Below are positions 12,012 through 23,120 of a DNA stretch of 64,000 bases, piece after piece; the stretch's first letter is position 1, and each line of letters starts with the position of its first letter. The translations under genes were made by a program, and so were the position numbers. The stretch is from assembly GCF_018977255.1 (NCBI RefSeq), contig NW_024704743.1, positions 38,070,001 through 38,134,000 on the forward strand, read 5' to 3'. The DNA comes from Callorhinchus milii. Lineage: Eukaryota. The notes below the pieces were generated by a model. The model did not search any database. It had not been told where the DNA came from and saw only the letters and a list, made by a program, of their open reading frames with translations.

Positions 12012-12244
12012 TATTAAAGCATTGCTTTAGATATCGTAAAATACTCCCATTGAAAGTTCCTAGAACAGCAGAATTCTGATGAGTATGGGGTTGAAATCGA
12101 TTATTGGATATTGTGCATTGTTTATAAGTTTTGACTGGCTGATTTTGTTATTGAATTATTATTGTTCCCCTGAGTCTCACTACCCTCCTGCATTAAGCTG
12201 TTGTAATGTATTTTTGACCTAGTTTCTATCAGGCTGGCCTGAAA

Positions 12245-12330
12245 TGAGTTGCCGTCGTTTGGATGAGACATTAAACTGAGGTCCCGTCTGCTTGTTGAGG
12301 GTGTCATGAAACATCTCTTGCCACTGGGCA
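12245..12330 (+). mobile_element. Deu-domain SINE fragment
   Basis: tgccgtcgtttggatgagacattaaactgaggtcccgtctgc matches the Deu core motif, also present at 28640-28680. Confidence 0.7.
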
Positions 12331-13078
12331 GTGATGAGGCAAATCGCCACAGTATTGTTGACCTGGTGAAGGAAAGATACACAACCAAGGTTCCCATTTC
12401 TGGTTGCTTTGCTATGACGCTGTTGGAAAATGCAAGTATACGGAGGCCAGTTTAAGACTGTTTTTCTGTTTATGCTCCCAAATGAAAAGTGTATATTTGG
12501 GGGAAAGGGGAGAGGATTTCCGATACTTGTAAAACTACTGCATCATTGTCTGGATAAGAGAAAAAAATATGAATCGGAAAACAATGCGTTAAGAAATTAG
12601 TTCTATAACCATGTTATGTACGGTTCCTAACTTCCTCGATTCAGTGTTATGGTCCCCTTATTTTAAGGTATATTAAATCAAAAATGTCTGGCCTTGTTGG
12701 ATGGTTTGAATAGAATTCATCAGAATTTTAGCCCATAAGATACAAAACAAAGATATCAACAGATTGAAATTGTGCCACACTGGTTTAAGGATAGTTATTA
12801 TTTTGTTCAGTTTCATGCACGGGATGGTTTTTCTTCCTGACATGCACACACTTGCCGTTGTTTAAACTGTTGCCCATCTCCCACCTGTGGGGAGACTCCT
12901 GGTGGCACAGCGTATTATGATCAAACAAAGCAATCTTACTAGAAAGTAGAAAGGTCTGAAAAACTTCAACATGAAACAGAGCATTAGAGACGAGGGGAGT
13001 TTGCTCGCACGTGCCATTACTTGATAGTTTAAAATGATTTGTAAGTGTGGTCACCTCCTTGCAGGAATAATGTGAGTG

Positions 13079-13096
13079 CCCCCCCCCCCCCCCCCC
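13079..13096. repeat. Poly-C tract
   Basis: Run of about 18 C. Confidence 0.9.
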
Positions 13097-13695
13097 AAGT
13101 AAGTTCCACAGCAATGAAAGCTCTGACAACCAACTGCACATTTAGGAAGCCTGGAGTTTCCCTGTATAGATCATAATTCGTAGCTGGCCCTTGAGAGGCT
13201 CAACCACTCCAGTGATGATGGCTTATACTTTGGGTCAAGTAGTTTTTCTTAGATTGTGCTTCCTATTATTTAAGTCTTTAAGTTGTGTAGTTGGTAGGAA
13301 TTTGAAACCCAGCCTGATGCAAATTATCTTGGAGATTAATTCCACCGCTTATCAGTTAATTTATGTCTTCCTAAAATGCAAGTTAACTTTTAAATGCTTG
13401 GGTTGGAGGGATAAAATGTGATTTCCTTTTTTAATAAGAAAAGTTGCTCAATACGCCGTGATATATAAGGATCCTGTGATGCGTTAAATTTCATCTCCAC
13501 ACTCTCCCACTGATGTGATTGTAAACTCTGATAATTAGTTCAATAGACATGAAACACTTTTTCGTGCAGAGAATGCATGTGCCATTACTTGATAGTTTAA
13601 AATGATTTTAAAATGAATGGATTAATGGAGGTATTTTTACCTGAAACAAAATTGTCCTAATTTTTGTGTTTTTTCATATGCCTCTGATTAGTTTA

Positions 13696-13812
13696 TAATA
13701 CTAATAATCCTTGCATTTGATACAGCGCCTTTGCGTATGCCATTACTTGATAGTTTAAAAGCGCTTCACAGAACATAGTATAAAGTGAATTGACTGTATA
13801 TTTTGTGGGCAC
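13696..13812 (-). mobile_element. SINE 3' fragment with its stem-loop segment replaced by local sequence
   Basis: aataatccttgcatttgatacagcgccttt [gcgtatgccattacttgatagttt] aaaagcgcttcacagaac. Confidence 0.8.
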
Positions 13813-14318
13813 AGCCCTTTCATTATGTATCTCCTATACCTGATCTAATGTTTCACTAGTAACTGACATGATCAATTATAGGTCTGCATTATTGCTATTT
13901 CTGAGTGAATCTGCAGGTGACCTTTATTTGAACTCCAGAACCAATGAGACGATCGGATTTTCCATTATTCCATCAGAAGAGCGAAAAAGAAATGACGTTA
14001 ACTGAGTACTATAAATAACGTGTACATTAGAAGTTTGGGTGACCTACAAATCCCTTCTAATTTGTCTGCGGCAGATTAACAGCGCTGCATCGTATTGTGT
14101 AGTGAGAAGAGGAAAGTGCTGTGGTGCAGACAGGAAATGTTAAAGAAATGGATTACGCAAGATAATTCTTTAATGGGGAGATTGTAACGGAAGTGGTTAC
14201 GTGATGGTGGTAATTTTTTTTTCTTGTCTACAATGCAGAGGTGAGAAGTACAGAAAAGGATGAATGTTCTTATTCAATCCCGAACAGCTGTTTAATAAAA
14301 GTCTAATACCGTGTAATT

Positions 14319-14725
14319 GGAGTCCTGTAGCTTAATGGCTTGAGCACTTGCCTTGGAAGAGAGAGGATCTGGGTTCGATTCCCGGGCAGGGCTGGACGCA
14401 TTTCCTTACTCCACCCGTCTCTGTTTATTTAGCAGTAAGTTGGAAACTGGTTGTCAGTCGAATGGCGGATCTCTTTTCTGGGGTAATAATCCCTTCAAAA
14501 ACAATAATGATCATAATTTGACAACTCAATCCACGACTGTTTGTGGGACACTTCTAATAATAATAATAATAATAACTTCTGTACTCAATCAGCTGCTGCG
14601 TTTCACACTATAACAGAATATAGTCAATTTACTTTACAGTATATTCTATGAAGGTCTTTGAGACCTCTCGATGATGAGGTATTATATCAAATGCAAGGAT
14701 TATTATTATAATTATTATTATTATT
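14319..14725 (+). mobile_element. tRNA-derived SINE, long subtype, full length
   Basis: Head ggagtcctgtagcttaatgg ... gggttcgattcccgg; tail tatatcaaatgcaaggattattatt. Confidence 0.92.
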
Positions 14726-17700
14726 AATTGCCCCTACTTTATAGAATTCCATCCCAGAGTCCATCCAATTCTATCACTGGTATGTTTTGCAACCTTTTGT
14801 CAGACTTATTGGCCTTTCTCAACTAAAGAAACGCTAAAACACAAAACAGCAGCCATGGAAAGGACAGCCTGTCATTGAGAAAATGTGCATGTGACATTTA
14901 TATCACTACACAATGATCCCGGCCTTCAATTCTGGTTCGTTTTTAATTATAATAGTGTTGTGAAAGCCTGTCTGGAGCCAACAATAATGACTCCAAAGGA
15001 CAATGGGCTCAGGAGCTGTGATGTAGCCTGCATGAATGTTATTTATATAATATACTTGCAGTAATAGAATTCATCCTGGGAGGACTCTTGTGTCTGCTAA
15101 AGTTTTTAGACATTGTAGTGCCTTGAGATTTAGTCTGCAAAGATGAGACATTCTGAGGGAATTTATTTTGAAAGCAAATGCATCTGGATATTGTAATGAA
15201 CCCTTCAGCATTGTTTTATTAGTATATTGTAAATGTGTGTAGGCACCTGAAATTCACTGGATTTCATGAAGTGGTGAAAGAAGCCCGTGGACATCGGGAA
15301 GAAGAGATTTGTGAAAGTCACAGTCGTGAAAGCAAGTGTGCCTTTTTTCCTTCTTTAGAATTGTATCCAAATACAGACTCGCCTTATACAAGCGCTCCCG
15401 AGAGACAACCCTGACGGCGCTAGATAAATATAAGTTGTTGATGTACAGAAATGCAAACTCAATAGTGAGGTTAACCTGCTAATGTGGTCAAAAATCCTCA
15501 GTCCCTTTGCTAACCTTATTAGTGAGTGTCCGCTGTATTTGTGGCTGATGGTGGTAATGGTGGAAACACATTGAGGTGATAAATTAATGATATGTTGGAG
15601 GTTATTCAACAACATGTTGACATGGAACTAGTCTGAAATACGTTGTGGATTGATTTACAAATCGTGGATTGTGGCGGCAAAATCAAAGAGTTGTGACTTC
15701 ATTTTTTTCTGGTTACAGACTTGACTGCATTTCATGTGCAGCAGTAACCCTGTCACAGGTCTAATTTCTCCAGGATCAGGAGGTTCTCGATTGGCCTCCA
15801 AGCTGCTCCTAAATGCCCTCACCCATTTGTGCGAATGGAGTTGCTCTGGGAGTTCTCCCTGTTAATGACATGCGGCCAATTGCGCATAGCAAAGTCCCAC
15901 AAACATTTGTGGTTTGAAGGATAACATTTTTTTGGGAGGTATTATTACCACCAGAAAGTTATCTACCAATTAACGAACAACTGGGTTCCTGCTTACTGCG
16001 AGGTGAACAGAGTAAGGGAGTCTTGGACTGCTAAGGGAGTTTAGTTTTACAGGATTAGTTGGACTTTGTAGTTTGAATGTCTGAACTTGATGACTGGCAT
16101 TCCAAGGTTGCCATTCAGAACAGTAACTCTGGCAAGGTGCTGGTAGCTGAGCCCTAATATAACGGGTTAAATTGACTTGGATATTTTTGGAGAGAAAATC
16201 CAATATTACTAAATAAAGAAATTTTTCTTCACTGTAATTCTTGATAGAAACGGTATAGTTATGTGTTTATCAACACTAGTTATAGATGAAATGATCACTA
16301 TATGTACAGGATAATACACAAGGAGAATGGCTTATCCTGAAATTTGGTTTGTTCTGTAATTTGCCATTTCAAGTCAATTTTATAAATCCACAGATTGATC
16401 TGGGAGGAGGGGGTATTTGGTTATTTTCCCCCTATCTATTATTTCCCCCCATTCTGTAAAACACTAAAATCGGTGTGCATTTTATTTTTGCACTTCACGC
16501 ATTTGAAGAATTTTCAGGTTAAAATTTTCCTTCAGATCTAATAACTTTCACTCAAAGCACTTTGGTTGAGAGGCCCAGCCCAACAAGAGAGTGGCTTACC
16601 AGCTCGTATTCTACGGGGAAGTGCTTGGCATCTTCTTGTGCTGATATGGCTGTGGAATATCGTTCTACTGCTCTGGCACAGGTACTTGGCGGCATTGCTG
16701 TGAACCACCACATGACATTTTTTTGATTCCCACATTACTTTATTAAAAACCAAATAGTTATAGAGACCATAAATGTTCCATGAAGTGATTAGTTAGATGA
16801 TCTCACCAGGGCTACAGTTACATACACTAGAACTGGCCTCAACATCTTGGGCTAAGAATGAGGAATATAATCACAACATAATCCTTTAATGTGATATAAC
16901 GCCTTATCAAGTCATTGAAACGTCTCACAGTAGTTCACAGGATGAGGTATAGTGACTTTATTTGTAGGCAAATGGTGGTAGGTAACCAAGGTGAGATCAC
17001 CCACCTCAGCATAAACAGACATTGAAGTTTTGACATTCTCAGTTTGTATGACAATTTTGATTTTTAAGAAAATAGGTGAACATCATCTTCGATTTCTGTT
17101 TCTCGTCGTGACTTGGGGAGCTCCTCTGCTGTAAAGTTCAAATGAGTGGATGATGAGTGGGAAGAGAATCAGACTTGATTATGCATCTAGAGTTGAAAAG
17201 CCTGCTAAGATTCTCTGTCTCAGCTCTTAGATAAAGAATAGCCAGTGACTGTAAGCAGACAAATATATTACCCCAAATATTGTCCGGGTGAAGTCCAAAT
17301 CCATCCGACACTTGAATAGTGCTTCCATCTCTAGTACCCTCTTCCAGCACCTCTCTCATACCCTTAGATGGATATACAGGATATACTGTAAAGTTTACTG
17401 ATTATCTATTTTGTAAGCAAACGCCTGCAAATTGAGTTGAATGTTTTTGTTCCCCCCCCCACCACCATAATTCCATTTCTCCATCATCTGCAGTGAATGA
17501 GAGGTTTTCAGCTTCACTTTATAGAAGTGTTGAAATAAGATGTTCAGTGTCAGAAATTCCACACTACACAAAGATCAACTTGTTAAACCTGAACCTGTTC
17601 AGAGTAAGCGATTGGATTTCTATGTGATTGAATATTTTTGATATAAATGTGCATCACACTGATCTTTATGTTGCTCTGAGGTTTAAAGGAATACATATTT

Positions 17701-17989
17701 GTATATCAATTGCAGTTAAAGCCCTTGGGAACTTAAGTCATTCTGTATTGGTGTGAGACAAATCTGTTTAATGTAATCAGGTGTTATCTCATTTTGTGAA
17801 TAATGATCCTGTTTTAATGAGTGGATTTGAGTTTGGAAGTTGAGCCAGACACGACAAAGGAACTTGAACAGCTTGTTAAAAACAGGCCTGTTGTTACCCA
17901 GGTAGGCGGGAACAGTGAATTTTGCTGTTTCTTTGTATGGCAACGGCAGCAACTGTTCAGTTCAATTTCTTTTGGTCAGTTGAGGGTCT

Positions 17990-18500
17990 TCACACATGTG
18001 GAAACCGATCATGCTTATGAGTATCCAAACCAGACTGAATTTCATGCATCCCGCCTATATATGGAGATTTCCAAGGTATTTATTGGAATGGAATGCGCAC
18101 TCTTTCTGGAGGGGTGCGTCCTGCTCATCTAATTCCGGAGAGTATTGGGTGCAGGTTGGCAAGAGCCAACGCTGGGGATCCCAGATTGTGCGTTGGGGGT
18201 ACTGCTGGAGTCTAACTGGCTAAATTTGCATAGTTTGCCATTGATATTGCTGTCCCAGCAAGCTTTCCCACTCCTTGTCCAGTTAGGAACACCCTACCCT
18301 TTTGGGCTTTGGCATGCATGGTTAACAGGAGCTGAGTGGGATGACTCCCTGCCCCCAATGACTCATCTGCCCTTCCAAATCCTGCTGATGAGCCAGGCCG
18401 GCTGGGCTGTCATTCGCAGTGCCCTGGAATACTGCAGACCCACCTGGCTCAGGAACTGGACTGCTGAGACCACCACAGAGGGGTTCACTCAATTCTGAAA
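17990..18500 (+). repeat. Longest copy of the unclassified interspersed repeat family
   Basis: Aligns by eye with 5760-6090 (-), 29550-29805 (-) and 39235-39310 (+); shared words gagtatccaaacca and tattggaatggaatgc. Confidence 0.8.
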
Positions 18501-19584
18501 GTTTGCTCAGCATGGAATGCATGAGAGAATTGCCATCAGCTTCCTACTCGCAGCTCGGACTTGTATACCTTTCTATTGAGCGATAGCTCCACCAATTGTG
18601 GGTGTGGAGCTTTGGCTCAACAACTCAACAAAATTGCTGTGCTGGAAAATTACTTCCTTGTGGCTTGTGGGTATTACTAATCCTTTGTTCCTAATATAGC
18701 ATTGCATATTCCCTGGCCAATATACATAGTGGGTTATTGTTGGACTGTCTATTGACATATTGTGCATTTTTGTTGTGAATTTTCAGCAATGAACCTGTTA
18801 AGTTAATAATATTGATAATAATACTATTAAGTAATGGAAGTGTGGCATAAGATTGTTGATGGTGGTTATTTCATGATATAGCACATCTTGGAAAGGTTCA
18901 GTGATCCTAGGAGACAGGATTTTAAGTTTCTTTTCAAAGCCGAGTTTGATCTCTGTGGGTTTGTTTAGTCACTTCTTTAATGAATGATTGGTGTGTGAGT
19001 TCAGCAGTGAATCAGTATGTTCTGTCTCTTATGTTATCTGAAGTTTATTTCTACATTTTTTTGGTGGTGGTGTCATTTTGTGCAAAAGACAGGTTTGGAA
19101 GTTGAAAACAGAAACTTGCGCACAAGATTTTCTTTAGCATGATGATCTTAAAATGAACACAAGGTCATCTGAAAAAAGTCCTCTCTTTTTGAACCTCAAG
19201 GGTTGGTTTTCTAACCCCACGGGATGTACCAGTCAGAATTAGAGATATCTGATTGGAAATGCTTCAGGAGATGAAAAGAAAAAACGCTCATCGGAATGAA
19301 AATTCCACCCTCTAAGCTTTCACACACCTTCTGCCAGACAAACAGAGAAGCTCCAGCAGAGGCCCGATGGCAAGTCTCCAGGCATGTCTACATTTACATT
19401 GCCAGATTAGCTCCTCAAGAGGTTCTGCAATACAGTGCAGCAGCTCCCATTGCTGCAGAAAGCACCAGGTTTTATATTGTGGGTTGCTTTCTTTTTTTAA
19501 AATAATTTATAAAAGATTTTATAATAATTCAATACATTTTAACATTTACACATGTCAGGTATCTACTGATACTCAAGTATCTAC

Positions 19585-20016
19585 TCGAATTCAAGATCCT
19601 CATCCTCACCTACAAAGCTATTCACGGCCTTGCTCCCTCCTACCTCTCCGACCTACTATCCCCCTACCTACCTGCCCGTACCCTCCGTTCCTCCGGCTCC
19701 GGTCTGCTCCACATCCCCCGCCCCAACCGCCCTACCATCGGTGGCCGGGCCTTCAGTCTCTCAGCCCCGAGGCTCTGGAACTCCATCCCCCAGTGCCTTC
19801 GCCGCCTCCTCCCTTTCCTCCTTCAAGGCCGGTCTCAAGACCTTTCTCTTTGACCGTGCCTTCAGCTCCCCTCTCGACTCTCTACCCCACCCTCGCTCCC
19901 TCCCTTCCCTCCCCTAACCATTTCTCCCCTGCTCGGGTCCTGACCCAACTGTCCAGCGCCTTGGGACGTCCTCCCGACGTGAAAGGCGCTCTATAAATGG
20001 AATCCTGTTGTTGTTG
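19585..20016 (+). mobile_element. Young 5'-truncated L2 LINE (ORF2 C-terminus, 3' UTR, (GTT)n tail)
   Basis: Encodes EFKILILTYKAIHGLAPSYLSDLL...GRAFSLSAPRLWNSIP and SSFKAGLKTFLFDRAF. Tail gggacgtcctcccgacgtgaaaggcgctctataaatg...gttgttgttg. Possible TSD gtatctact/gtatatact. Confidence 0.95.
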
Positions 20017-21285
20017 ATGTATATACTAAAATGTGGTCTGGTATTCGGAGGGACTCTCAAAAGTTTGAGTCTGGTTGAGGATGATACAGTCAAGCAAGAG
20101 GAAAGATGGGCTACAAAGTTTTGGAATAGTTTCCCTAGCAGCTGGATCCAAATTAAAACCAGTGGGCTGTACAACATAGCTTTGCTGGTCTGCATGTCGA
20201 CATTCAAACTGAAGCTATGTATGGAAATTTATCAGAAAACAGAGTGCGCCCAGGGGCCAGAAGGAAGAGCACACAGTATGCTTCCCTGATTGTTTTCCCC
20301 TTCCCTGAAGCTTTTTTGCATTGCTCTGTTTGACTTTAACTGACACCATCTTTACACGGATTCACAGTAGTGTTCAGTGAACGCATCACTGAGACATTCT
20401 CTTGACGTGAAAGGCTCTATATCCAAGCTTAATTCCCATTGGCTTTTTATGAAAAAAAGATTTTGCTCCAAGTCCCCCCAAACACTTGTAAACATTGCTA
20501 GACTTGTTAGTTGACTTACAGTCAACTCTATGTGGATGCTTGCAGTCTTTATTCTTTGTGGATGCATAGAATCTAATGCAATATTATTGGTAATCAAAGC
20601 TGCAAGTAGCAACTCTTACTGACACCCGGATATGAATCATGCTGATTCTTGTGCACTTCACTCTGGAGGTAGATCACATTGTAGTCGATATTCCTACACA
20701 GTTCCGTTTACCATCATAAAAAGCCTTTTGCAACTCAAGTGATTTGCAATTCCGTTACGAATATAGCACCGTCAACCATTAACGTTTGATAAGATTTGCA
20801 CCAGTTTCTGTCATTCATCGATGTATAAAGTATTTTTAAGGGGCTTGGTGGGGTCTGGTAAGATGATTTATGTGACTTCTGATGTATAAACATTCATCAG
20901 CTTTATTTCTTTATAAATTTTTAATCACAACATTTACTAATTGGCAAGCAAAGTAAAGTACTAATTAACTTGATGGCCAGAGGGAACTGTGATTATTTGC
21001 TCATAACATCTAACTGTATTAAGAGAATTGGGTCCACATCTGAGGAATAACCTTGTTCAGTAGAAGGAGGATTGCTTAGCCCTTCTTTCTAAAGCATAGA
21101 TTCTGATCATGTTCTATAACTAGCCAAGGATTGTAAGTGCATTGTAATTTGCCTTTCACAGGTTGGTTGTAAAGTTACTGAGTTCCAATGGCCCATTGCC
21201 TCTGAAATTAACTAACATGTGTTATGTGAGAACAACATTGGGTGACTCAATCTTTTGTGTTTACTTCTTGCTCCTCTGTGGGTAA

Positions 21286-21395
21286 TTACAATACAAAATG
21301 ACATTTGTACAGTGCCTTTCACGTCGGGAGGACGTCCCAAGGCGCTGGACAGTCAGGGATTTGGACCCTAGCTGGGGGTCGGGAACGGGGAGGGA
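21286..21395 (-). mobile_element. L2 LINE 3' tail
   Basis: gcctttcacgtcgggaggacgtcccaaggcgctggacagtc ... ggacccta-gctgggggtcggg. Confidence 0.88.
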
Positions 21396-22524
21396 AGTGT
21401 ACAGACTTCACTCATTGCTTCTCTCTAATGGTATGGTAAAGATTGTTCACGTGGCTGAGAGGGAGGAGGAGGGGGAGCACTCCCATCACATGTTGGGAAA
21501 CTAAGAAACTTCATCAGCAGTTTGTCCAGTACTATATAAATTCATATTCATAGCCGTTGTTTGATTTTGCCATTTGGATATTTGGTACAGCATTTATTGC
21601 AGCAAAATGCTTAAAGCACTTCATATAATGAGGTTCTTTGAAGTGTGGAGACTGGTTATGTAGAGAAATGTGGCAGCTGATCGAGGCCACCAATATCCCA
21701 CATACAGTAATGAGATGACTGATCAATTTTTGGGGGTTATGGTTGAGGGACGCATGTTATCTACACTTCCTGATCTTTAAAATAATGCTATCTAACTCAC
21801 GGTTGTTTTCTTTCTGGGTGGCTGATAATGTACAGCTTTGTGTTGATTTATTATCATGTATACCACAGGGTAGTAGGTTTCAAATTTGTTCCAGTGAGTT
21901 TCCACAGAGAGAAAATATTCTGGCTTGTTGCCTCTTTTAACATGCTTCCTGCCAGCCAACTCAGCAGTGACATCGGCAGAGTGCAGGGAGCAGGTCATCT
22001 GCCAGACGTCTGTCATTTCAGTACGTGGAAGAATAAGGATGAAATGCTCTAAAATGAGAACTCAAAAAACTGTTCAATGTCAATTTGTTTGTCAATAAAA
22101 AAAAATTCCTAAAGAAAATTAATCACAAATAAGAGTCCTTTATTTGGATGCTGCACCGAATTTAAATCCAACTTATTGTATTTATGTAACAATCTTTTGG
22201 CCGGAAGAGCAGTGAATAAAAGTTGGCGATGTGCAGACAGATTTTGTTTTTGCATGAAATCGAATGATTTAAAAAAAACTAATTGTTAGTGTAGAATTCT
22301 TTTTGAAGCTCTTTCATCTGAAGAGCATATTAAACTGATTGAGAAAGTTGAGTTTAAGATGAGCAAATTTGAATTCGTTCAAGCATGTCCCTCATAATTT
22401 AGTGAGAGCTGAGTGAATGCTCCTTTCATGTGTTGGTGTCCTCCACCAATTTTCTCTCCTCTCTGTCTCCTGAAGGCATTTCACTCCCTTTTTCCTTCTG
22501 CTTTGACGTAGTTCCTTGGCTACC

Positions 22525-22640
22525 ATGGTTTCAGCCACAAAATATACAGTCAATTTACTTTACAGTATATTCTGTGAAGTGCTTTGAGATGTCTCAATGA
22601 TGTGATAAGGTACTATATTAAATACACTGATTATTATTAC
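22525..22640 (+). mobile_element. SINE 3' fragment (old tail type) inserted in an older SINE-like repeat
   Basis: cacaaaatatacagtcaatttactttacagtatattctgtgaagtgctttgagatgtctc ... attattatt. Confidence 0.8.
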
Positions 22641-22713
22641 CCCTTTCCGATTCAGTGGCTTTGTGGCTATTGTTCATGTGTGAGTCTTGATAGTTACTGT
22701 CCGTAGGCTATTC

Positions 22714-23030
22714 AATAATAATAATAATAATCCTTGCATTTGATATAGCGCTTTGGGAGGATGTCCCAAAGCGCTTCACAGACCACACTGTAAAGTGAAT
22801 TGACTGTTTATATTTGTGGGCGAACGCGGCAGCCAATTGTGCACAGCAATGTCCCACAAACAGTCGTAGATTGAAAATGACCAATTTATTATTGTTTTTT
22901 GTTTTGGAGGGATTATTAATAGGCTCTGTGTGGAGTAAGGAAACTTGCCGAAGGGTTTCGCCCTGTCTGGAATTGAACTCAGGTCTCTCGCTTGCAAAGC
23001 GAGTGCTCTAACCACTGAGCTACAGCACTC
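22714..23030 (-). mobile_element. tRNA-Ala-like SINE, short young subtype, full length
   Basis: Nearly identical to 9551-9873; small deletion in the tail stem-loop. Confidence 0.95.
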
Positions 23031-23034
23031 AACT

Positions 23035-23120
23035 GAAAGGAAGGAGCAGACAGGTTGATAAGGGGTTAGCAGATCACAGAGGTAGGAAGGGGCAAGACCA
23101 TGAAGGGCCTTGAAGGTACA
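23035..23120 (-). mobile_element. L2 LINE ORF2 fragment
   Basis: Translates as TFKALHGLAPSYLCDLLTPYQP. Confidence 0.85.

Noticed and set aside
14215..14248. Polypyrimidine tract followed by cagag|gtgaga, a possible recursive splice site or microexon
   Set aside because: Motif is imperfect and expected by chance in T-rich introns; no other support.
17821..17901. Protein-like DLSLEVEPDTTKELEQLVKNRPVVTQ ending at CAG|gtaggc
   Set aside because: No convincing acceptor upstream and the peptide is not recognised.
19367..19996. Longest ORF (209 aa, Pro-rich)
   Set aside because: Off-frame reading of the C-rich L2 fragment.
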